Assembly (NCBI GenBank): GCA_963776245.1
Contig: CAVZLN010000003.1
Location: 1,167,517-1,231,516, forward strand
DNA length: 64,000 nucleotides
Reading direction: 5' to 3'
Source: Candidatus Eiseniibacteriota bacterium
GTDB taxonomy: Bacteria > Eisenbacteria > RBG-16-71-46
Each line of letters opens with the position of its first letter. The stretch's first letter is position 1. Below the pieces are notes generated by a model. It was not told the DNA's origin. It ran no database searches and saw only the letters and a list, made by a program, of their open reading frames with translations. A program made the translations under genes and the position numbers. Of this stretch, positions 56,451 to 64,000 are shown one piece after another.

Positions 56451-58910
56451 GTGACGACCGGACAAGAAGTGCTTTCGTTGCACCGGAGTTTCGGCGTGCC
56501 GAACGACGACCGGAAGGACATCGCGCAACTCGAGGAACGGCTCGCGCACGCCCCGCCCAAGGGCGCGGGCGACGCGCTGTCGCAACTCGAGATGCTGGCC
56601 GATCTGTACATCCAGGCGGACAGTCACGTGCCCGCGCTGGAGACGATCGACCGGCTGTTGTCGCTGCCTGCCGCGCGCACGCTCTCCAACGCACGCCGAG
56701 CCGCCCTCGAAAGCAAGGCGGTGACGTGCCGCCTGGCGCAGGGGGATTGCCAGGCGGCGCTCGCTCACTGCCGCGACCTGCTCGCGCACGAGGAGTCGAT
56801 CGACTCCCTGCCGCTGCGCGCGAAGCTCCACCTTCAATGCGCGGAGGCGCTGCTCAACCTGTCGCGGCTCGCGGAGGCCCGCGAGCGGGGTGGCAGGGCG
56901 CAGGCGCTGGCCGAAGAGGCTGGCGACCTGCGGCTGCAGGCCCAGAGCCTGAGCCTGCTCGGCAAGGTGGATTACCGGGTGGGCGATCTGGCCTCGGCAC
57001 GCGAGAGCTACGAGCACGCCCTCGCGCTCTTCCGCCGGCTCGGCGATGACGCCGGGGTGGCGGTGGTGCGCAACAACCTCGGCCTGATCCACAAGAACCG
57101 CTGCGAGTGGGACGAGGCCATCAGCGACCTCAGCGCCGCGCTCGCGCTCCAGCGGCGGCTCGGCCTGTTCGTGGACAGCGCGCACGTGCTCATGAACCTG
57201 GGCATCGTGCACCAGAAGAGCGGCGACTGGTCGCGCGCCCTCGAGGAGTACAAGCAGGCCGAGGAGGTCTTCCTGCAGGTCGCCGACCACCTGCGGCTGA
57301 CCCACGTCGCCATCGGCCAGGGCAACATCGCGCGGCTCGAGCGGCGCTTCCCGGAGTCCGAGACGCTGCTGCTGACGGCGCTCGGTCGGGCGCGCGCGCA
57401 CGGCGCGGCGCGCGAGGAGGCGCTGGCGCTGGAGTTCCTCGGCGAGCTCGACCACGACCGCGGCCGCTCCGAAGAGGCGCTGGTCCGCTATGCCGAGGCG
57501 CTGCGCATCGCCCAGCGCGTGGCCCCCGAAGGCGACCTGATGGTCGAGGTCGAGCGTCGCCGGGCCGAGGCGCTCACCGCGCTGGCGCGCTTCGACGAGG
57601 CCGAGCGCGCCCGCGAGCGCGCCCAGACGCTGGCGCGCAAGACCGACGACCGGCTCGAGTACGCGATCACCGAGCGCGTCGCGGGCGACATCGCCTGGGC
57701 GCGGGGCGACCGTGCCGAGGCGGTGCGGGCGTGGACGCTGGCGGTGGCCAGCCTGCGCCTGTGCCACGAGCGTCTCGAACTGGGCCGCGTGCACCTGAGC
57801 CTGGGCCGTGCGGCGGACGAGCCGCGCGAGGCGCGCCGCCAGTTCTATCTGGCTGGCGCCCTGTTCGCGCCGCTGTCCGCGCCGTACTGGCTCGAGACCG
57901 CCGAGGGCGACCTGCAGCGCGTGCTCGGCACCGTGGCGGAGAGCGCCCCGGCGCGGCCAGCGAGCCTGCTGGGCCGCCGCCAGCGCGCGCCCAGCCTGGT
58001 GGCGTGCTCGCACGCCATGCACCTGGTCGAGACCCTGGCGCGGCGCGCCGCGATCACCGACCTGTCGGTGCTGGTGACCGGCGAGACCGGCACCGGCAAG
58101 GAGCTGATCGCCCGCACCATCCACTCGCTCTCGACCCGTGCGGGGCGGCCGTTCCTCGCCGTGAACTGCGGCGCGCTGCGCGCCGACCTGGCGCTGAGCC
58201 AGCTGTTCGGCCATCGCAAGGGCGCGTTCACCGGCGCGCACACTGAGGGCGTCGGCCTGGTCGAGGCCGCGCACGGTGGCACGCTGTTCCTCGACGAGGT
58301 GGGCGAGTTGTCGCTCGACGTGCAGGTGACCCTGCTGCGTTTCCTCGAGAGCGGCGAGTACCTGCGGCTGGGCGAGACCCAGGTGCGCCGTGCGGACGTG
58401 CGCGTGATCGCGGCCACCAACCGCGAGCTGCGCGGCGACCAGGGCGAGAAGCTGTTCCGGCGCGACCTGCTGTTCCGGCTCAACGAGATCGAGATCCGCC
58501 TGCCCACGCTGGGCGAGCGCGCGGACGACATCGTGCCGCTGGCGCGTCACTTCCTGGCGTTCTACGGCGGCATGGAAGGCCCGCGCCTCTCGCGCGGCGC
58601 CGAATCGGTGCTGGGCGCGTACGCCTGGCCCGGCAACGTGCGCGAGCTCGAAAACGTGATGAAGCGGCTGGCCGCCCTGCACGGCGCGGGCGAGGTGGAC
58701 GCCGACGCGATGCTGCCGTTCCTGAGCCATCCGGTGACCGCGATCCACGGGCCGCTGGCCCCCAACGCCAGCCACGAGGACGTCGAGCGCACCCGGATCG
58801 TGGAAGCCATCCGACAGGCCCATGGCAACAAGAGCCGCGTGGCTGAGATCCTCGGCGTGAGCCGCAAGACGCTCTACGCGAGGATGAAGCGCCTGAACGT
58901 CGGACACTGA
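56451..58910 (+). CDS. TPR-domain sigma54-dependent transcriptional activator 1
   Basis: N-terminal TPRs (NNLGLIH, MNLGIVH), GETGTGKE, GAFTGA, LFLDEV, WPGNVRELEN, Fis HTH. Confidence 0.95.
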   Translation: MTTGQEVLSLHRSFGVPNDDRKDIAQLEERLAHAPPKGAGDALSQLEMLADLYIQADSHVPALETIDRLLSLPAARTLSNARRAALESKAVTCRLAQGDCQAALAHCRDLLAHEESIDSLPLRAKLHLQCAEALLNLSRLAEARERGGRAQALAEEAGDLRLQAQSLSLLGKVDYRVGDLASARESYEHALALFRRLGDDAGVAVVRNNLGLIHKNRCEWDEAISDLSAALALQRRLGLFVDSAHVLMNLGIVHQKSGDWSRALEEYKQAEEVFLQVADHLRLTHVAIGQGNIARLERRFPESETLLLTALGRARAHGAAREEALALEFLGELDHDRGRSEEALVRYAEALRIAQRVAPEGDLMVEVERRRAEALTALARFDEAERARERAQTLARKTDDRLEYAITERVAGDIAWARGDRAEAVRAWTLAVASLRLCHERLELGRVHLSLGRAADEPREARRQFYLAGALFAPLSAPYWLETAEGDLQRVLGTVAESAPARPASLLGRRQRAPSLVACSHAMHLVETLARRAAITDLSVLVTGETGTGKELIARTIHSLSTRAGRPFLAVNCGALRADLALSQLFGHRKGAFTGAHTEGVGLVEAAHGGTLFLDEVGELSLDVQVTLLRFLESGEYLRLGETQVRRADVRVIAATNRELRGDQGEKLFRRDLLFRLNEIEIRLPTLGERADDIVPLARHFLAFYGGMEGPRLSRGAESVLGAYAWPGNVRELENVMKRLAALHGAGEVDADAMLPFLSHPVTAIHGPLAPNASHEDVERTRIVEAIRQAHGNKSRVAEILGVSRKTLYARMKRLNVGH

Positions 58911-59090
58911 CGACCCCGAGTCTCGCGCGGCCCGGCGCCGGATGGCGGCCGGGCCTTCGTGTTTGAGCGCGCCGCCCACGCGGCCCGCGCGCTCGCGCTC
59001 ATCGTCCCGCACCTCCTCTTCATCGCTCGTCGTCCGCGCGCCATCGCTCATCCGGATCGCGCCACGCGGGCGCGAGTGTGGCGCTGTGGA

Positions 59091-59325
59091 CTGTCACCTT
59101 GTTACCCGCGGGTGACACTCGCCCCATCTCGGCGTCGTTCAGGAGCTTCACCTGCTTCGAGCGGCTCCGAGTGTTACTTCGGCGTGGTGACACGCGCTTG
59201 ACCGCGGCTCACTCCACCCGCAAAGCGCGCTTCCGCGGAACCCCGTAACGTGTTGCGCCTCAGGCGCGGGACGCGTCGCGCGCCCGAATCTCCCGCGCTG
59301 CGCACGCCGTGGCACGCTGCCTGCT
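59091..59325 (+). promoter_or_regulatory. sigma54 promoter with upstream activator sites and IHF-like site
   Basis: TGTTACCC-GC-GGGTGACA (59100-59117), GTGTTAC-N9-GTGACAC (59171-59193), TAACGTGTTG (59246-59255), TGGCACGCTGCCTGCT (59310-59325). Confidence 0.78.
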
Positions 59326-59335
59326 CTAGCACATC

Positions 59336-59762
59336 AGCGGATACGGGGTACGCAGACGATCAAGGCAGCGTCTGCGGCAGTGCTGGGTAAGGTTCTCGTG
59401 GGGGACGGGGGCCTGAGGCTTCGGGTGGTGGCTGCGCAGGACTTCGCACCTCCATCGGCGCGCACCACCCGAGGCACCCAACTCCCCAACGAATTTAGTG
59501 GTTCGTAGGTGGGCGGGACATCCGCCCGGGGCTCGTACCCTTCAGAGCCAACCAACAACAGAAAGGGGTGAGGCGAAGCTAGTAAGCCGGATCGACGCAG
59601 TTTGTGTATTCGGTGAGTAGTGGTTTCGCTGGTAGTCACAAAAAAACCAAATACGCCCGGTCAACGAAGCCGGGATTCCAGGGGGTTCATCCCGGTCATT
59701 CTCTGGAGTCTCGGGAAGAGGCAGCCAAGAGGGTCTAACTCTCGCGGCTGCCTCTTCAATTT
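59336..59762 (+). ncRNA. Putative sigma54-dependent structured non-coding RNA (about 425 nt), family not recognised
   Basis: No ATG on the + strand; stems 59351-59376, 59418-59475, 59511-59527, 59671-59713; closes with a terminator hairpin. Confidence 0.6.
59715..59762 (+). terminator. Intrinsic terminator-like hairpin
   Basis: GAAGAGGCAGCC / GGCTGCCTCTTC 12-bp stem followed by AATTT. Confidence 0.7.
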
Positions 59763-59873
59763 GCGCCCGGGCGCCGACCGCTTGAACGCATGCGCTTCCT
59801 CGCCTAGCGTGACCCCGTCGCCGCGCCCCGCGCCCTGTGGGCCGCGCACTCGAGGAAGACGAGGAAGCAAGCC

Positions 59874-60308
59874 ATGGCCAAGACCCCGCAGACGCTCGCG
59901 AACCACGCCCGTTACGTGCCGATGTACCACTTCGTGCTCGGCGGGTTGCTGGCGCTCAATTTCCTCCACGCCACCCGGCAGGCCTGGGCCCACTTCTCGG
60001 ACGACACCCTGTACGCCCTGATCGTGTCGATCTCGCTGATGCTCCTGTTCTGGTACACGCGCCAGTTCGCGGTGAGCGTGCAGGACCGGGTCATCCGCCT
60101 CGAGCTGCGGCTGCGCCTCCGGGAGCTGGCACCGGACTTGATGCCACGCTTCGACCAGCTCAGGCCCCCGCAGGTCACCGCGCTGCGCTTCGCGAGCGAC
60201 GCTGAGCTGCCCGACCTGACGCGCCAGACCCTGGACGGCAAGCTCGCCACCAGCCCCGAGATCAAGAAGCAGATCAAGGATTGGCAGGGCGACCACTGGC
60301 GGGCATAG
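59874..60308 (+). CDS. DUF6526-like small membrane protein
   Basis: QTLANHARYVPMYHFV, QDRVIRLE, ALRFASDAEL, IKDWQGDHWRA. Confidence 0.85.
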   Translation: MAKTPQTLANHARYVPMYHFVLGGLLALNFLHATRQAWAHFSDDTLYALIVSISLMLLFWYTRQFAVSVQDRVIRLELRLRLRELAPDLMPRFDQLRPPQVTALRFASDAELPDLTRQTLDGKLATSPEIKKQIKDWQGDHWRA

Positions 60309-60351
60309 GCGAGGGGAAGCGCCCAGCGGGGCCGTCGGACCGACTTCGGCC

Positions 60352-60380
60352 TTGACCGTTCCATGACCCGTTTGTAGCTT
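60352..60380 (+). promoter_or_regulatory. Putative sigma70-type promoter of cassette 2
   Basis: TTGACC-N17-TAGCTT, same pattern as 55901-55930. Confidence 0.5.
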
Positions 60381-60591
60381 TATCGGAGTGTCCTAGGCCC
60401 CCGTGCCAAGTCCCTGAGTCGAGACGGCGTGCCAGCATGCCCACTTCCCCTCGTCCGACCCAGCTGAATGCTCGTGACCCCGTGCCGGCATCCGCCCGAT
60501 GCCAGCGCGGGGTCGTCGTGTCCTGTGGCGGTGCTGCGGTGAGCGCGCGCAGTAGCCGCCACTCGCGGAGCGCGAGCTCCGGAGGAGCGAA

Positions 60592-60924
60592 GTGATGAAG
60601 ACGCCCCGTCGATGGATGGCCCTGGCCGCCGCCATCGCGCTGCTCACTCTTCTCCTGCTGCCGGTCGAGAGGGCGGCCGCGGCGGGGATCAAGTTCTGGA
60701 CGCCGCCGAACGAGGAGTACTTCGGGGATCCGGATACTCCAAGTGGGCCAGTCGCATTCGCATGGTGGCTAGGTGGCCGGGTGAGCCTCGCAGTCGTATC
60801 GCGGTCGGTAAGCGTTCGCAGTGGCACCTTGACCGTCGATCGCAGCTTTCGGCGTGCGGGGACCTACCAGCCCGCTTCGAATTCGCCGAGGAGATCACAA
60901 GTCGCCAGTCGAGGCCCGCGATGA
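60592..60924 (+). CDS. Small secreted GDPDxP-motif protein 2
   Basis: RBS GGAGGAG; signal peptide ending AAAA; TPPNEEYFGDPDTP; ATGA overlap with the activator gene. Confidence 0.8.
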   Translation: MMKTPRRWMALAAAIALLTLLLLPVERAAAAGIKFWTPPNEEYFGDPDTPSGPVAFAWWLGGRVSLAVVSRSVSVRSGTLTVDRSFRRAGTYQPASNSPRRSQVASRGPR

Positions 60925-63410
60925 CCAAGCCGGCGGAGAGAGCGGCAGCTCTCATGCACTTGCTCCACAGCGGCGCCTATGCGGATTCCGTCCAGTCGGC
61001 GTCCGAGGCCGTCGTTGTGTGCTGCGACGACCTCTGCGATGCAGGCGAACTCCTGCAGGCCAGGGACTTGGCAGAGGGGTACCTGGCCGCGCTCAGGAGC
61101 AGGAACGAAGACTGGGCTGTTCGGCTTTCAATCCGAAAGGCCCGGGCACTCGGCTTGCTCGGACAATTCGAGGAAGCGCTCAGCCTGCTACGCGGACTCT
61201 GGGCCGCATACCCAGACTACTTGGCGGCTAGGGAATCCGAGGCGGTCTCGATTCGGATCCATGAGGCCGCGAACCAGTGGCAACTGAATCGAGTCGAGGA
61301 GGCACTCGACAATCTCCGTGCGCTCCATGTGGAACTCCTCCTCAAGCCAGAGTCGGAGAATCTGGGATTGTGTGCCTTCCATCTCTCAAGCGCCCAGCTC
61401 TTTCGAGGCGACTACAAGCAGGCACGGCGATATGCCCTCGATGCGGTCGTCTCTGCTCGGAGGATTAAGTACCGGAGCCTCGAGGTGTCAGCCCTACTCA
61501 ATGTCGCGATGCTCGACAGGCAGAGTTGTCGGTGGGGTTCAGCAATCGACTCAGCGGTCGAAGCGGTCGGCATCGCGCGTGAATGCGGGCATCGGCTGCA
61601 TGAGTGCAACGGCATTCGCAATATCGCAATCTCCCAGTGGAAGAAGGGCCAACTCGAGCAAGCGGCTTCGAATGCCGAGGCGTCGATTGCAATCGCGAAG
61701 GAACGGGGCTCGGCCTACTTCGAGCAGTTCGGGGTTCTGCTCCGATCGCTGATCGCGATCCACCTTGGGGATTTCGCTCTGGCGCGCCAGATCATCAATC
61801 CGATCGTGTCTCAGGCGCCACCGCATCAACAGTCCCGTCCATCCCTCCTCACCACGGAATTCCTCGGCGACATCCATCTCGAGCAGGGGCAGGCCGCGGA
61901 GGCCCTTGCGTTGTACGACGAGGTCTGGCCCAGGGCGCTGGCGCTGGTGCCGAAGGGCGACATCGTGGCCGAGCTGCGCCGGCGCCGTGCCGAGTGTCAC
62001 TTCCTGATGGGGCGCTTCGGCGACGCGCACCGCGAAGCGCTCACCGGGCTCGATCATTGTCGCGAGCTCGGCGACCGCTACGAGGAGGCCGCGACCTACC
62101 GCGTGCTCGCGCTGAGCACCGCGGCCATCGGCAGGCCGGCCGACGCCAAGAAGTGGTTCGACCAGGGCTTCGCGTACTACGACGACATCGAGACGCCTTA
62201 CGAGTGGGGCAAGCTGTGGCTGGCGTATGGCGACTGGCTGCACGGTCCGCACGCGGGCGAGTACCTCAACGAGAAGGCGGCGCTCGAAGCGTACGTCGCC
62301 GCCGCCGATCACTTCGAGCACATGGGCGCCGCGGCCAGGCTGGCCGAGGCGAACGCGCGCATCGTCGCGCTGCACCCGGCGCCGCCGAAAGACCCGAAGG
62401 GCGGCGGACCCGCCATGGGCGCGGCCGCGAAGCCCCGCCGGCCGGCGCGCAAGCCCCGCGCCCAGGTCGAACTGGAGCGGCGCGCGGCCTGGGCGTTCGA
62501 GGCGTTCGGGTTCGTCACGCGCAACCGCGGTGTGCTCGATCTGCTCGACGAGGTGGCCAAGCTCGCGACCAGTGACGCGCCGATCCTGGTGCTCGGCGAA
62601 TCGGGAACGGGCAAGGAGTTGGTCGCGAACGGCGTTCATCGGCTGTCCGGGCGAGCGGGGCAGTTCATCGCGATCAACTGCGGCGCCATCCCACGCGACA
62701 TGATCGAGAGCGAGCTGTTCGGGCACGTCGCCGGCGCGTTCACGGGGGCCACGCGGGACAAGCCCGGCATCTTCGAGACCTGCCAGAACGGGACGGTGTT
62801 CCTCGACGAGGTGGGGGAGATGTCGCTCGACCTGCAGTCGCGGCTGCTGCGGTTCCTCGAGCGCAGCGAGGCGCGCCGGGTGGGCTCCAACCGGAACTAC
62901 TCGGTGGATACGCGCATGGTGGCCGCCACCAACCGGGATCGCGCGGCGCTCGAGCGTGGCGAGAGCTTCCGACCCGACCTCTACTATCGCCTCGCGCACG
63001 CGGTCATCGTGCTGCCGCCGCTGCGGCGGCGCAGCGAGGACGTGCACATCCTCACCGACCACTTCCTCGCGGAGTTCGGCGAGGTGCAGGGACGGGAGGT
63101 CGCGCTGTCCGATGCCGCGCGCGACCTCCTGTCGAAGCACACCTGGCCGGGCAACGTGCGCCAGTTGCGCGCCGTGCTGCGCCGCGCGGTGTTGCTGAGC
63201 ACGCCGGGGCGTGTCATCGATCCCGCCGAGCTCCAGCTCGACTCGGGCGCGGCGCCGGCCACGCTGCTCGAGGAACTCGAGGCGGCTGAGAAGGCGCGCA
63301 TCATCGAAGCGCTGGCGCAGTCGCGCGGCTCGCGCACCGAGACCGCCCGGGCGCTGGGCATGCCGCGCACCACTCTGATCAACAAGATGCAGCGCCACGG
63401 GCTGATGTAG
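60921..63410 (+). CDS. TPR-domain sigma54-dependent transcriptional activator 2
   Basis: TPR-like N-terminus, GESGTGKE, ESELFGHVAGAFTGA, FRPDLYYRL, WPGNVRQL, Fis HTH. Confidence 0.95.
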   Translation: MTKPAERAAALMHLLHSGAYADSVQSASEAVVVCCDDLCDAGELLQARDLAEGYLAALRSRNEDWAVRLSIRKARALGLLGQFEEALSLLRGLWAAYPDYLAARESEAVSIRIHEAANQWQLNRVEEALDNLRALHVELLLKPESENLGLCAFHLSSAQLFRGDYKQARRYALDAVVSARRIKYRSLEVSALLNVAMLDRQSCRWGSAIDSAVEAVGIARECGHRLHECNGIRNIAISQWKKGQLEQAASNAEASIAIAKERGSAYFEQFGVLLRSLIAIHLGDFALARQIINPIVSQAPPHQQSRPSLLTTEFLGDIHLEQGQAAEALALYDEVWPRALALVPKGDIVAELRRRRAECHFLMGRFGDAHREALTGLDHCRELGDRYEEAATYRVLALSTAAIGRPADAKKWFDQGFAYYDDIETPYEWGKLWLAYGDWLHGPHAGEYLNEKAALEAYVAAADHFEHMGAAARLAEANARIVALHPAPPKDPKGGGPAMGAAAKPRRPARKPRAQVELERRAAWAFEAFGFVTRNRGVLDLLDEVAKLATSDAPILVLGESGTGKELVANGVHRLSGRAGQFIAINCGAIPRDMIESELFGHVAGAFTGATRDKPGIFETCQNGTVFLDEVGEMSLDLQSRLLRFLERSEARRVGSNRNYSVDTRMVAATNRDRAALERGESFRPDLYYRLAHAVIVLPPLRRRSEDVHILTDHFLAEFGEVQGREVALSDAARDLLSKHTWPGNVRQLRAVLRRAVLLSTPGRVIDPAELQLDSGAAPATLLEELEAAEKARIIEALAQSRGSRTETARALGMPRTTLINKMQRHGLM

Positions 63411-63450
63411 CCCGGAGCCCGAACGACCCCGGCCGGGCGCTTCCCGCTCC

Positions 63451-63480
63451 TTGACACCCCCGCATGCCCGACCCTATCTT
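63451..63480 (+). promoter_or_regulatory. Promoter of the tRNA cluster
   Basis: TTGACA-N18-TATCTT. Confidence 0.65.
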
Positions 63481-63509
63481 TCCTTCGCTCTTTCGCGACC
63501 GAGCGCTCT

Positions 63510-63582
63510 GCTGGCGTAGCTCAATTGGTAGAGCATCTCATTTGTAATGAGGTGGTTGGGGGTTCGAGTCCCTTCGCCAGCT
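63510..63582 (+). tRNA. tRNA-Thr(TGT), CCA not encoded
   Basis: GCTGGCG/CGCCAGC acceptor stem, anticodon loop TTTGTAA, GGTTCGAGTCC. Confidence 0.95.
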
Positions 63583-63633
63583 AAGACGTCTTCCATCGAG
63601 TCGTCGCCCCTCGGCGGGGCTCACAGCCGGAGT

Positions 63634-63718
63634 GGTGGGGTTCCCGAGCGGTCAAAGGGAACAGACTGTAAATCTGTCGGCTCTGCCTTCGAAGGTTCGA
63701 ATCCTTCCCCCACCACCA
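63634..63718 (+). tRNA. tRNA-Tyr(GTA)
   Basis: GGTGGGG/CCCCACC stem, loop CTGTAAA, long variable arm, CCA end. Confidence 0.97.
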
Positions 63719-63742
63719 TCCTCTTGTCTTTCAGCGACTTGA

Positions 63743-63817
63743 GCGGGAATAGCTCAGTGGTAGAGCGTCAGCCTTCCAAGCTGAGGGTCGCGGGTTCGAA
63801 TCCCGTTTCCCGCTCCA
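63743..63817 (+). tRNA. tRNA-Gly(TCC)
   Basis: GCGGGAA/TTCCCGC stem, loop CTTCCAA, CCA end. Confidence 0.97.
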
Positions 63818-64000
63818 TCTTCCCCCGGCATCGCTCCGGATGAACGGTCGGCCACGGCCCCCGGAGCGCGATCTTGCCGTCAATCATTTGCCAAGAACCG
63901 GGGTTTCGCTGGGCCTGGATGAGCTCCGAACGACGGGGTCGAGGCGCCGCCGGGAGGGGTCGGCACCGACCCCGGAGAAGCCCTCGGCGATGGCCTAACC

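Noticed and set aside
59334..60021. ORFs 59334-59639 (minus) and 59620-60021 (plus)
   Set aside because: No RBS, non-coding-like composition, and they cross the terminator or overlap the real gene at 59874.
60395..60440. Two TGGCACG motifs on the minus strand as sigma54 promoters
   Set aside because: Neither has GC at the -12 position (GG-N10-GC fails).

Overview
High-GC bacterial chromosomal window, most likely from a Candidatus Eisenbacteria-like lineage (inferred from the C-terminal TWGxIKxLYR motif and gene content, not proven). The housekeeping backbone is rho, rpmE-DUF1385-prfA...prmC, murA, selB, yicC-gmk-rpoZ-coaBC-udg-dnaB(intein)-mlaEFD, radA-ispD-ispF, gltX-ddl-M42 peptidase-cysS and the tRNA-Thr/Tyr/Gly cluster, with several accessory inserts. 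The most notable locus lies between cysS and tRNA-Thr. It holds two paralogous cassettes, each a small signal-peptide protein sharing a GDPDxP motif followed by a TPR-sensor sigma54 enhancer-binding protein, an arrangement resembling RRNPP peptide signalling but with sigma54 output. Between them is a complete sigma54 promoter (UAS, IHF-like site, -24/-12) driving an approximately 425-nt structured, ATG-free, terminator-ended RNA. A second candidate sigma54 operon between prfA and prmC encodes a membrane protein, a CxxC protein and two secreted two-cysteine hydrophobic peptides (bacteriocin-like). Other items are a nuclease/Fic/DinB islet after selB, a NYN nuclease with a structured leader, an HTH-nucleotidyltransferase pair and a DnaB LAGLIDADG intein. 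Many single-base frameshifts in essential genes look like assembly errors.
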